NCBI GenBank assembly: GCA_022843705.1
Contig: JALHND010000005.1
Span: forward strand, 1-55,629
Direction of reading: 5' to 3'
DNA: 55,629 bases
Source of the DNA: Burkholderiales bacterium
GTDB taxonomy: Bacteria; Pseudomonadota; Gammaproteobacteria; Burkholderiales; SG8-41
Part shown: piece by piece, positions 9,054 to 24,091 of the stretch
Layout: each line of letters starts with the position of its first letter
Numbering within the stretch: position 1 is the first letter of the stretch
Position numbers and translations under genes: made by a program
Notes under the pieces: model-generated
Databases searched by the model: none
What the model was told of the DNA's origin: nothing
The model's input: the letters and a program-made list of their open reading frames with translations, nothing else

Positions 9054-10538
9054 ATGAATGCAAACCGTTTAGCGCAAACCGCTTTGCCGTTTTTGCTCGC
9101 CGTGGCCGTTGCAGGCTGCACGCAATTTCGCGCCGTGACCGACGAACGTCACCAGCGGGAGGTGGTCGAGCAGTTTTCGAGCGTCGACCACCACAGCAGT
9201 TTCCCGGCACTGAGCCGTGCCAGCTTCGAGCAGGTCAACCTTGTCGAACTGATCGATCCCAGCGGCGAAGCCCGGGAAAAGTTCCAGTCGCACTGGCCCA
9301 GGGAAGAGGAAAAATGGGGGATCAAGTACGACCTGACGCTGGCATGGTTCCGCGAAAGTCCGGTTGAACCCGAATTGAAACGGCAGCACCGCAACGGGGT
9401 GCAGGACAAAATCCTTGCCGTCTCGACCTCGCGCTGCAACGTGTTCAAGACTTACCTGAGGCGGCAGCAAACCGATGTGAACTTCCTTCTCGGATCGGCC
9501 TCGACGATATCCGGGGTTCTCGGCGCAGTACTGCAGGGGGTCAACAGTTCACGCAACCTGGCCGGTGCCGCCGGCCTGTTTTCGGGACTGCGCGCCGAAT
9601 ACAACCAGTCTTACTACAGCAGCCTTGCCGCACACGTCATCGTGCAGGGCATCGAACTCCATCGCTCCCGCCTCACCAAGGAACTCATGGAGCGCCGCGC
9701 ACGGCTCGGCATCAGTGAATACAGCATGGAAGCCGCCATCAAGGATGCGGTCTACATCGACGGCATGTGTTCGACGGTCACGGGGCTGATTGAGGCCCAG
9801 GAGTCGATCAAGGAGATCCAGGATCCCGGCCTGACCATCGCTTCGCAGGCCATCCTGCGCGCCCGGGCAATGCAGGAGCTGTCGCAGACCGACCTCAAAA
9901 CGCTGGAATCCAGCGGCCGCCTTGATGCGTTGAAAAAACTGTTGTCTCCGGCAATTTCGCCGCTGGTGGCGTCGACAGTCAGCGATGCCGCTGCACAGGC
10001 CACCGCCTCCTTGGGCCAATCGCGGGACGCCGGTTTGCGCGTCGCGGCCGCGATTGCGCGCGAGGCCGAAAACCTCGGCCGGGATTACGAGCGAGCGCGC
10101 GAGAAACTCGCCGCCGACAAACGTGGAACCGTTACCGGCGGTGCCGTCCAGCAGAAATTCAGCGCATCTGCGACCACCAGGATTTATGACGTTCTTACCG
10201 CGACCAGGGACGGAAAAAAAGGTGTGCTCACGGATTGCATAAGCAAAATGGAGGTGCCCGCAGGCAAAGCCGGCGAAGCAAACGCCCTGCTACTGCTTGC
10301 TGCAAATGATGGCGGACAGGCCATCAAGGCGCGTCTGGAGGCGGACAAAGCACAGGCGGAATTGCGGGCAGCGATCTCCCGCATCGAGCGCGTGGTCGGT
10401 GCTGCGAATGCAGCCCTTGGTGCGGCGGGAACCGCCGGCCGCGGCAAGTTCGACAAGCTGACAGACCTGACGAAATTTGACCCGGCCAGTGTGGAAATCG
10501 GCGCGGCGATGGCAACCGATGGCCTTGCCTGCCCCTGA
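9054..10538 (+). CDS. Hypothetical lipoprotein (~494 aa)
   Basis: ATG at 9054 after AGGGGG; MNANRLAQTALPFLLAVAVAG-C lipobox; largely helical; family not recognised. Confidence 0.75.
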   Translation: MNANRLAQTALPFLLAVAVAGCTQFRAVTDERHQREVVEQFSSVDHHSSFPALSRASFEQVNLVELIDPSGEAREKFQSHWPREEEKWGIKYDLTLAWFRESPVEPELKRQHRNGVQDKILAVSTSRCNVFKTYLRRQQTDVNFLLGSASTISGVLGAVLQGVNSSRNLAGAAGLFSGLRAEYNQSYYSSLAAHVIVQGIELHRSRLTKELMERRARLGISEYSMEAAIKDAVYIDGMCSTVTGLIEAQESIKEIQDPGLTIASQAILRARAMQELSQTDLKTLESSGRLDALKKLLSPAISPLVASTVSDAAAQATASLGQSRDAGLRVAAAIAREAENLGRDYERAREKLAADKRGTVTGGAVQQKFSASATTRIYDVLTATRDGKKGVLTDCISKMEVPAGKAGEANALLLLAANDGGQAIKARLEADKAQAELRAAISRIERVVGAANAALGAAGTAGRGKFDKLTDLTKFDPASVEIGAAMATDGLACP

Positions 10539-10731
10539 CCACCCTCGGTACTTGCGGGCAACCGACTCGCATTTCTTCGGACATCGCCCGGAGAAAAATG
10601 GTGGCCGGCGTTATGCAGCGTCTTGATTGCCCGTTTGTCCTGCAAGGCCGGAACTGTAAAAAATAAAATTCAATCCGGAAAAACACTGCCAAGGGCTGTA
10701 ACCGGCCACAGTTGATTCCTGAACGGCTCCC

Positions 10732-11553
10732 TCATGCAATTTCGGGCGATGGGTTCCCGGATTCACGCATGAATGAAAGGGTGGCCCGCGCACAGTCTTC
10801 GGCATCGCTCGCGGCGACGTGGTACGACTTGCCGGGCAGCACCAGCAGCCGCGAATCGGGGATCTGCTGCTGCCATTCGCGGGTGCGTTCGACGGTGCCG
10901 AGGCCGCTTTCCTCGGTGGTGATGACCAGCGTCGGACATTTGATCTTCGGCAGTTCGGCACTGATGTCGGCGTAATTGATGCCGCGGTTGAAACCGATCA
11001 GCGAAGACACCGGGGCGCGGCCCATGAATTTCGTCCACCACTCGACGCCCTCGGCGGGGAAATGTTCGCCGAGGCGTCCGTCCATCGTGCGCCGCGCCCA
11101 GTGTTCGGCGCCCCTGGTTTCGTATTCCTCGATCAGCGCGGGAATCTGCACGGCGCCGGGGCGTTTGGCCTGCGGCGTGCCGACGACGGTCAGCGACAGC
11201 AGGCGCTCCGGCCGGCGCGCGGCAAACACGCGGGCAACGGTGCCGCCGATCTTGGCAGCGACGAGGTGAAAGCGCTCGATGCCGAGCTCATCCATCAGCC
11301 GGCAGTAGTCGTCGATCAGCTGGTCGAAGCTCCACTCGTACTCGCGCGGCATCGGCGTCGATTGGCCGTAACCGCGCATGTCGGGGCGCACCACGCGCAG
11401 ATGCCGCGCCAGCACCGGCACCCAGGCATACCAGGACAGGCTGCTCTCGGCATTGCCGTGGAGCATCAGCACGGTTTCCGGCGTGGCCCAGGGGTCGGTG
11501 AAGTCATCGACGCGGTAGAAGAGTTCGCAGTCCGCGAGTTTCAGCACGGGCAT
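10732..11553 (-). CDS. Alpha/beta hydrolase-fold protein with atypical nucleophile elbow
   Basis: MLHGNAES, RPDMRGYGQS, HLVAAKIGG (in place of G-x-S-x-G), IKCPTLVI, C-terminal His in KSYHVA. Confidence 0.85.
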   Translation of the reverse strand: MPVLKLADCELFYRVDDFTDPWATPETVLMLHGNAESSLSWYAWVPVLARHLRVVRPDMRGYGQSTPMPREYEWSFDQLIDDYCRLMDELGIERFHLVAAKIGGTVARVFAARRPERLLSLTVVGTPQAKRPGAVQIPALIEEYETRGAEHWARRTMDGRLGEHFPAEGVEWWTKFMGRAPVSSLIGFNRGINYADISAELPKIKCPTLVITTEESGLGTVERTREWQQQIPDSRLLVLPGKSYHVAASDAEDCARATLSFMRESGNPSPEIA

Positions 11554-11569
11554 GGTCCGGGTTCTCCGT

Positions 11570-12979
11570 TCAGTCGCGGCCGGAAAGCAGCAGCATCAGC
11601 CGGTCGGGATTGCGCGCGGAGGCGAAATTGCGCACCTCCTCCAGCAGGGCATCAACCCGGGCCGGCGTGAAGCGGCGGAGCATTTCGGCGCGGAAACGCG
11701 CGACGTGGTCGTCCAGACTGAAGGGGCGCGAGGCGCTGCCCTTCGGAGCCTCGACGAATTTTTCGACGGTTTTGCCTGACTTGAGCGTGAAGCTGACCTT
11801 GGCACCGACCGACTGCTCGGTGCTGACACGTTCGGCGTCCTCGTCCAGCGCGCAGTCGATGGCTTTCGAGATCGCCATGGTTTCAGGATCGGCCAGCGCG
11901 GCCTCGAAATCGTCGATGTTGATGGTGAATCCCGGCGCGGCATCCCGGCCCATGCGCACCACCATCGCCATGCAGAAGGGCAGGCTCATCTGCCCGGCCT
12001 GGACGTCCTTCGGTTCGCCGACGGTGAGGCGGCCCTGGATGATTTTCGGGATGCCGACGCGGATCGACCGGATGTCGGCCGCGTTGAGGCCATGCTCGCG
12101 GCACAGTTCGGCGGTCGCCTCGATCGCCGACAGCACGCGCGCGCTGGTGGCATGCGGCTTGATCGCGGTTTCGAGCAGGCGCCACTGTTCGCCGATGCCG
12201 GCCAGGCCCCGGTCGAAATCATGGCCGTCGGCATAGGCGCGGGCAAAACCGTCCTTGCCCTCGAGGATGTCCGCCGGCCCGGAAAACCCGGCATCGGCCA
12301 GCAGCGCGGCATGCATGCCCTCGCCCGCCGCATGCGCGGCGTGGATGCGCTTGACGGTGGAGCCGGAATGATAAAACTGGGTCAGCCCGCCGCTGAACGA
12401 AGCTGCGAGGCCCAGGGTTTCGGCAATGCGCGCCGTGCGGTCACTGCCCATGAACATCAGGCAGGCGGCCGCGGTCGCCGCGCCGAAACCGCCGCAGGTC
12501 GCCGTGCTCTGGAAACCGCGGCGGAAATGCGAGGGCTGGATCGAGAGCCCGATGCGGATCATGTTCTCGTAACCGGCGGCAATCGCGGCGAGGATGCGGT
12601 CGCCGTGCTGGTGGCGCGCCTCGCCGATCGCCAGCGCCGCGGAGATCACCACGCAGCCGGGGTGCAGCATCGATCCCACGTGCACGTCATCGGCGTCGAT
12701 GCTGCCGGAGTAGGTGGCGTTGACGAAGGTGGCGCGTTCGGGATCGCTGCGGTCCTGGCTGAACAGCAGCGTCGACTGGCCGTTGCCGCCGAGTTCACGC
12801 GCGAGGTTGGTCGTCCACGCGCTCCAGGGCATGCGCTGGCCGAGTGATGCGACACGCAGGTAATCGAGCAGGAATACGGTCAGGGCTTCGCGGACTTCGG
12901 GCGGCAGGCCGGCATACTTGAGCCCGGCGGCAAAACCGGCGAAACGCCGGGTCGCCCCTGGCGCGGAATTCTCCGCCAT
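11570..12979 (-). CDS. MmgE/PrpD family protein
   Basis: IDADDVH...HPG, HFRRGFQST, VKRIHAAHAA, IKPHA motifs; start reassigned to MAENSA at 12979. Confidence 0.88.
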   Translation of the reverse strand: MAENSAPGATRRFAGFAAGLKYAGLPPEVREALTVFLLDYLRVASLGQRMPWSAWTTNLARELGGNGQSTLLFSQDRSDPERATFVNATYSGSIDADDVHVGSMLHPGCVVISAALAIGEARHQHGDRILAAIAAGYENMIRIGLSIQPSHFRRGFQSTATCGGFGAATAAACLMFMGSDRTARIAETLGLAASFSGGLTQFYHSGSTVKRIHAAHAAGEGMHAALLADAGFSGPADILEGKDGFARAYADGHDFDRGLAGIGEQWRLLETAIKPHATSARVLSAIEATAELCREHGLNAADIRSIRVGIPKIIQGRLTVGEPKDVQAGQMSLPFCMAMVVRMGRDAAPGFTINIDDFEAALADPETMAISKAIDCALDEDAERVSTEQSVGAKVSFTLKSGKTVEKFVEAPKGSASRPFSLDDHVARFRAEMLRRFTPARVDALLEEVRNFASARNPDRLMLLLSGRD

Positions 12980-12980
12980 C

Positions 12981-13946
12981 TCAATTACCCTTGATTTTGC
13001 CGGTGGTGATGACCTTGCCCCATTTCTCGTAATCCGCCTTGTGGTACGCGGCCAGCGCCGCGGGGGTGCCGCCGGAAGGCACGGCGCCGTCGAGCGCGAG
13101 CGCCTTCCTGATGTCGTCGGTGGCCAGCACCTTGTTGCCGGCGGCATTGATCCGCTCGACCACCGCGGCGGGCAGTCCGGCCGGGCCATAGAGCCCCCAC
13201 CACTGGCTGGATTCGAAACCCTTGATCGTTTCGGCGACCGTGGGCAGTTCCGGCGCGATGGCGATGCGTTTCGCACTGGTCACCGCCAGCGCCTTCAGTC
13301 GTCCTGCGCGCACCTGCGCCGACACGCTGGGATAAGCAGCGAACAACACCGAGACATTGCCGGCGACGGTGTCAATGGTGGCGGGCGCGGCACCCTTGTA
13401 CGGCACGTGCAGCATGCTGACGCCGGCGCGCTGCGAGAACAGCTCCCCGGTGAGGTGGCTCAGCGTGCCCGCACCGTTGGAGGCATAGGCCAGCGCGCCG
13501 GGTTTCGATTTCGCCAGCGTGATGAAGGCCTTCACCGTGCTGACCGGCACCGAGGGGTGGACGGTCATCACGTTCGGCGCGTCGCCGATCTTGACGATGG
13601 GCGTGAAGCTGGTCAGCACGTCATACGGCGCCTTGGCGCCGAGATGGGGGTTGATCGAGAGCACGCTCGAGGAGGCAAACAGCAGCGTGTAACCGTCAGC
13701 GGCGGCACGCGAGGCGACCTCGCCGCCGATCATGCCGCCGGCGCCGCCGCGGTTGTCGACGATGACCTGCTGGCCGATCAGCGGCGACAGGCGGGTGGTG
13801 AAATGGCGGGCGACGATGTCGGCGGCGCCGCCTGCGGGAAACGGCACGATGACGCGCACCGCCTTGTCGGGGTAACCCTGGGCATTGGCTGCGAGCGGGA
13901 AAACGGCGGCGAGCAGCGCCAGTGCGGAGATACGCGGAAATTTCAT
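12981..13946 (-). CDS. Tripartite tricarboxylate transporter substrate-binding protein (Bug/TctC)
   Basis: Signal peptide, YPDKAVRVIVPFPAGGAADIVAR, DNRGGAGG, HVPYKGAAPA. Confidence 0.95.
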   Translation of the reverse strand: MKFPRISALALLAAVFPLAANAQGYPDKAVRVIVPFPAGGAADIVARHFTTRLSPLIGQQVIVDNRGGAGGMIGGEVASRAAADGYTLLFASSSVLSINPHLGAKAPYDVLTSFTPIVKIGDAPNVMTVHPSVPVSTVKAFITLAKSKPGALAYASNGAGTLSHLTGELFSQRAGVSMLHVPYKGAAPATIDTVAGNVSVLFAAYPSVSAQVRAGRLKALAVTSAKRIAIAPELPTVAETIKGFESSQWWGLYGPAGLPAAVVERINAAGNKVLATDDIRKALALDGAVPSGGTPAALAAYHKADYEKWGKVITTGKIKGN

Positions 13947-14176
13947 GGCTGGACCTTTCGATGCTGGGTGTCACGCGGAGCTTGCGGCGGCGCGAACAGG
14001 GAGTGATTGCGGTGTTTCATCCCGCCTGGATGCCCTGCGGGTGCGCCATTGTAAACCGCAACGTCCCGGACATTTACCGGCAAAGCCCAGCATATGAGTA
14101 CCGGCATCCGGATGACACCCGGTAGCCATGCATCTGAATATGCTGATGGACCGGATGCCGCGGACGCGGCCCTCCT

Positions 14177-17101
14177 TCAGGCGGACGTTTTGCCGAGATA
14201 CTGGCTGATATCCACCTCGTCGATCTGCTCCGGCCGCATGAAGCGCTGCGCGTACTCGCGATAAACACCGGAGCGCAGGAACAGTGCGAACAGCTCGGGG
14301 TCGATGTGCCGGTCCTTGTTCATGAAGGACATGATCTTCAGCGCCTCCGACAGCTTCTTGCCCTTTTTGTACGGACGGTCGACGGCGGTGAGCGCCTCGA
14401 AGATGTCGGCAATCGCCATCATCCGCGCCACCGGGCCCATTTCGTCGCGGGTCAGCCGCTTGGGATAACCGCTGCCGTCCATCTTCTCGTGATGGCCGCC
14501 GGCAATCTCCGGGACGCTGCGCAGGTGTTTCGGAAACGGCAGCTGGGTCAGCATGACCAGCGTCTGCACGATATGCTCGTTGATCTTGTAGCGCTCTTCC
14601 TCGGACAGCGTGCCGCGCGCCACCGACAGGTTGTAGAGCTCGCCCTTGTTGTACAGCAGTTCCGGCACCGCCATGCGGAACCCCCAGGGGTTGTCCTCCG
14701 GCATGCGGTCCTGGGGGCGGCGCTCGAACAGGTGTTCGGGCTTGTCGGCGAGCAGGGTTTCGGCGACCGGCAGCGCGCGCGCGGGCGTACGCTCCTTGCG
14801 CGCCTTTTCCTCGTGGGCAATGCCGATGCGGTCATCGAGGGTGCGCATCCAGCTGCGCTGCCCGATGGCCTTCAGGCGTTCGATCTTTTCGGGCGCCATG
14901 AACTCGCCGCCCTCGTTGCAGGCGGCGACAAAGGCAAAATCGTCATCGAGCTGCTTGAGTTCTGCCGTCAGCCGCGCAAGGGCTGCGGGTTCGGGTTCTC
15001 CGGCGGCCACCGCCTTCAGGCAGGCGATCTCGGCATCGCGCTTGAGCACCTCGAAGCGGGTGCGTACTTCATGGATGCGGTCGTAAATCGTCTCCAGCTT
15101 GGTGGCCTTGTCGACGATGTACTCCGGCGTGGTGACCTTGCCGCAGTCATGCAGCCAGGACGCGACATGCACGGCTTCCCAGTCCTGCTCATCAAGCCGG
15201 AAATCGCGGAACGGCCCTTCGGTCTGGGCGCAGGCTGCGGCAGCCAGCATCTTGGTCAGTTCCGGCACACGTTCGCAATGCCCGCCCGTGTACGGACTCT
15301 TGGCGTCGATCGCACCGGCGATCAGCCGGATGAAAGCCTCGAACAGTTCCTTCTGCGCGCGGATCAGTTCGCGGGTCTCGAGTACACCGGCATAAAGCCC
15401 CGACATCGCCTGCACAAAGGACAGCTGGGCGTCCTTGATCACGGTGCGCCGCCGCAACAGCATCAGGCCGACCAGTTCGCGCTGGCGGTTCAGCAGCGGC
15501 ATGGCCACGCCCTGCAGGGCGCCCAGCGCGGCGAAAGGGTCACTGGCGCCCATGCCGGCAAGGTCGGCATCCTGCAGCGGCGCCGCGCGCGCCGTGCCGG
15601 ACTGCAGGGCCGCATCGACCAGCGGACCGGCGGCACCGGGAACGAGCTCCGGCAGGTCGGCATCGGCGGCGGCGCCGTGGGCATCACGCATCGCCACCGG
15701 CAGCAGCCGGCCATCATTGCCGAGATAGAGCACGGCCACGTCGGCGTCCGCGGCCGACATGATTTCGGTGAGCAGCATGGGCAGCAGGCGGTCGATATCC
15801 TTTTCCGCAGCGATCACCAGGCTGATGTCGAGGAAGCGGCGGATCGCCAGCTTCATGCCCTCCATCGTCACCGCCAGCTGATCGACCTCCTCGACCACCG
15901 AGCTGACCGTCGAGGGCTTCGAAAAATCGAAATGGCGGATGGCATCCGCTTCGGCAGCCAGTGCGTTCAGCGGCCGCGCCACCGCCCGGGCCAGCAGCCA
16001 GACCACGGGCACCGCAAAGGCGATGATCAACGCCATGATCAACAGCGCAGTGGAACGCTGCTTGTTGGCGGCGGACAGCAACTCGTCATTGGGTATCGCG
16101 CTGACCAGGTACAACGGCCGGCCGCCCTCGACCACCAAGGGTTTGATCGCCACCCGCCAGTCAGCGCCATCGACCTGCAGTTGCAGGCGCAACGGATCCA
16201 AGCCCTTCATGGAGGCGATGCGGGGTGCAAGCTGTTGCAGGGCGGGAAGCCCTGAATCTTGCAACCGGGTCAATGCGGGCTTTGCATCCGTCCCGGAACC
16301 CACGGTGACCAGCCGGCTGACATCTTCATGTGCAATCAGGTATCCGTCGGCGTTCACCAGCGCGATCTGGGTGCCCGGTGTCACTTTCTGCCGTGCCAGG
16401 CGCTCGCCCAGGGTGTCGAGTTCGATGTCGGCGCCGATGACGCCAAAACCGAGGTTGGAACGGGTGGCCAGCGTCAGTCCGACCTTGCGGCTGGAGAAAA
16501 ACAGATACGGCGGCGTGCGAACCGCGGTCGGCGACGAAAATGCGTCGTTGAACCAGCCGCGGGTGCGCGGATCGTAGGCGGCAGGATAATCCGGCCTGTC
16601 TTCCCGGCGCAGCACCTCCATCGCGTTGCCGAGGTAAATGTAGCTGCCGCGCTCGCCGCTGCCGCCGCCGCGCTCGATGCTCTGCACCATGTAACGGGTG
16701 TTCGGCGGCGCCTTGAACAGCTCGCGGTCGGCGTCGCCGCGCAGGCGGCGCACGAAAAAGAAGTCGCCGCTGCCGTATCCGACATACAGCGACGACAGTG
16801 CCGGTGCCCGGTCGAGAACGCCGCGAAGCATGTCCAGCTGCTCCATGCGCTCGCGCAGCGACTCGGCCCGGGTCAGCCGGTCGTAACTCAGCATGCCGAC
16901 GGCCATTTCAGCGGGCTCGATGAGGCGCTGGAGGTCGCCCTGGATTTCGCGGCTGATGCGCAGCGTCAGGTCCTCGGCGGAGGACTCCAGCATGTCGCGT
17001 GAAGTCTTGTAGCTGATGCCGGCCAGCGAGCCGCCAACGACCAGCAGCAGCACCAGAAACAGCGTCGAAATCTGGATGTGAAGCGGATAGTGGCGTTTCA
17101 T
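14177..17101 (-). CDS. Membrane HD-GYP c-di-GMP phosphodiesterase (Cache-HAMP-GAF-HD-GYP)
   Basis: Two TM segments, YDPRTRGWF Cache motif, HAMP, IDAKSPYTGGHC, WLHDCGK, HHEKMDGSGYP; start MKRHYP at 17101. Confidence 0.9.
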   Translation of the reverse strand: MKRHYPLHIQISTLFLVLLLVVGGSLAGISYKTSRDMLESSAEDLTLRISREIQGDLQRLIEPAEMAVGMLSYDRLTRAESLRERMEQLDMLRGVLDRAPALSSLYVGYGSGDFFFVRRLRGDADRELFKAPPNTRYMVQSIERGGGSGERGSYIYLGNAMEVLRREDRPDYPAAYDPRTRGWFNDAFSSPTAVRTPPYLFFSSRKVGLTLATRSNLGFGVIGADIELDTLGERLARQKVTPGTQIALVNADGYLIAHEDVSRLVTVGSGTDAKPALTRLQDSGLPALQQLAPRIASMKGLDPLRLQLQVDGADWRVAIKPLVVEGGRPLYLVSAIPNDELLSAANKQRSTALLIMALIIAFAVPVVWLLARAVARPLNALAAEADAIRHFDFSKPSTVSSVVEEVDQLAVTMEGMKLAIRRFLDISLVIAAEKDIDRLLPMLLTEIMSAADADVAVLYLGNDGRLLPVAMRDAHGAAADADLPELVPGAAGPLVDAALQSGTARAAPLQDADLAGMGASDPFAALGALQGVAMPLLNRQRELVGLMLLRRRTVIKDAQLSFVQAMSGLYAGVLETRELIRAQKELFEAFIRLIAGAIDAKSPYTGGHCERVPELTKMLAAAACAQTEGPFRDFRLDEQDWEAVHVASWLHDCGKVTTPEYIVDKATKLETIYDRIHEVRTRFEVLKRDAEIACLKAVAAGEPEPAALARLTAELKQLDDDFAFVAACNEGGEFMAPEKIERLKAIGQRSWMRTLDDRIGIAHEEKARKERTPARALPVAETLLADKPEHLFERRPQDRMPEDNPWGFRMAVPELLYNKGELYNLSVARGTLSEEERYKINEHIVQTLVMLTQLPFPKHLRSVPEIAGGHHEKMDGSGYPKRLTRDEMGPVARMMAIADIFEALTAVDRPYKKGKKLSEALKIMSFMNKDRHIDPELFALFLRSGVYREYAQRFMRPEQIDEVDISQYLGKTSA

Positions 17102-17208
17102 GACCTGCCCCCTGATGCGTCGTGCAGATATTACGCCTCGCGACGCCCTGCACCTTGATGCCGTCCACAATTTGGTGATATGTCCGGAACAGACACCGGC
17201 ATCAATGG

Positions 17209-18249
17209 TCAATCGGCCCCGATCATCAGCGCCGCCCTGCCGGTGATCGAACCCGTCTCCAGCCGCCGGTGCAGCGTCTCGGCTTCGGCCAGCGGCAGCT
17301 TCTCGGTCACCAGCGGCCAGATGTCGCCGCGCGCAACCAGTTCCAGCGATTCAACCACCTCCTGCTTCGTCGCGTAACGGCTGCCCATGACCTCGATTTC
17401 CTTGCGCATGATCGCCGGCCCGTCGGCATCGAAACGCTCGCTGTGGCCGGCCAGCAGAACCAGCCGCCCACCCTTGTTGAGTCCGCTGATCGCCGATTCA
17501 ATGCTCTGCCTGCTGCAGACGAAGTCGAAAACGACATCGACGCCGCGTCCGGCGGTCAGCTCGAGCAATTGCCCGCCAACCCGGCCGTCGGAGGCGTCAA
17601 TGACGGCGTCGGCACCGCATTTGAGGCAGGTTTCGAACTTGGCCGCCCGGGTGTCCACGGCGATGACCTTGCGCGCATGAGCCCAGCGCGACACCATCAG
17701 CATGTGCACGCCAAGGCCGCCGCCCGCGCCGATCACGGCCACGGTGTCGGTCGGCATCACCCGGGCCTTGCGCGTGACCTTCAGCGGCGTGGCAATGGCA
17801 TCACAGATCACGCCGCATTCCGCGGGCCGTTTTTTCCAGTCCAGGCCTTCGGGCAGAGGGATGAAGTTTTCGGCGGGAAGTTTTATGTACTCCGCATAAC
17901 CACCATCACACTCGCGACCGACGAACCCGCCGAAGTTGTCGCAGAGCGTTTCGCGGCCGATGCGGCACCAGTAACAATGGCCGCAGGTCAGGTAAAAGTA
18001 GGCGGTCACGCCGTCGCCGGCCTTGAGCCCCTGCACGCCGGGGCCGGTGGCGACGATTTCAGCGGTGATCTCGTGGCCGAGGATGCGCGGATACTGCAGC
18101 GGCACCCGTCCCGCGCGTGCATGATGAATGGTCAGCCCGGCACCACAGGCCAGCACACGGGCCACCGCCTCGCCGGGACCGGGCACAGGGTCCGGCACCG
18201 TGTCCGGTACAAGCGGCTGGTTTTTCCCCTTCAGCAACATGGCCTTCAT
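17209..18249 (-). CDS. Zinc-binding medium-chain dehydrogenase/reductase
   Basis: ILGHE, structural-Zn CGHCYWC...C, GAGGGLG Rossmann motif; start MKAMLL at 18249. Confidence 0.88.
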   Translation of the reverse strand: MKAMLLKGKNQPLVPDTVPDPVPGPGEAVARVLACGAGLTIHHARAGRVPLQYPRILGHEITAEIVATGPGVQGLKAGDGVTAYFYLTCGHCYWCRIGRETLCDNFGGFVGRECDGGYAEYIKLPAENFIPLPEGLDWKKRPAECGVICDAIATPLKVTRKARVMPTDTVAVIGAGGGLGVHMLMVSRWAHARKVIAVDTRAAKFETCLKCGADAVIDASDGRVGGQLLELTAGRGVDVVFDFVCSRQSIESAISGLNKGGRLVLLAGHSERFDADGPAIMRKEIEVMGSRYATKQEVVESLELVARGDIWPLVTEKLPLAEAETLHRRLETGSITGRAALMIGAD

Positions 18250-18352
18250 CAAAACCTCCCCCCTGTTGCCGCAAATCTTACACCGGCGACCGGTAGAATC
18301 CCGGTTCCCTGCGGCCCAAGCGCCGCACCCGCACTTTCCTTCCCCGGACACC

Positions 18353-24087
<5,735 letters not shown>

Positions 24088-24091
<4 letters not shown>

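Noticed and set aside
18250-18352. Possible SOS (LexA) box upstream of uvrA
   Set aside because: CTGT near 18263 is not followed by ACAG at N8 spacing.
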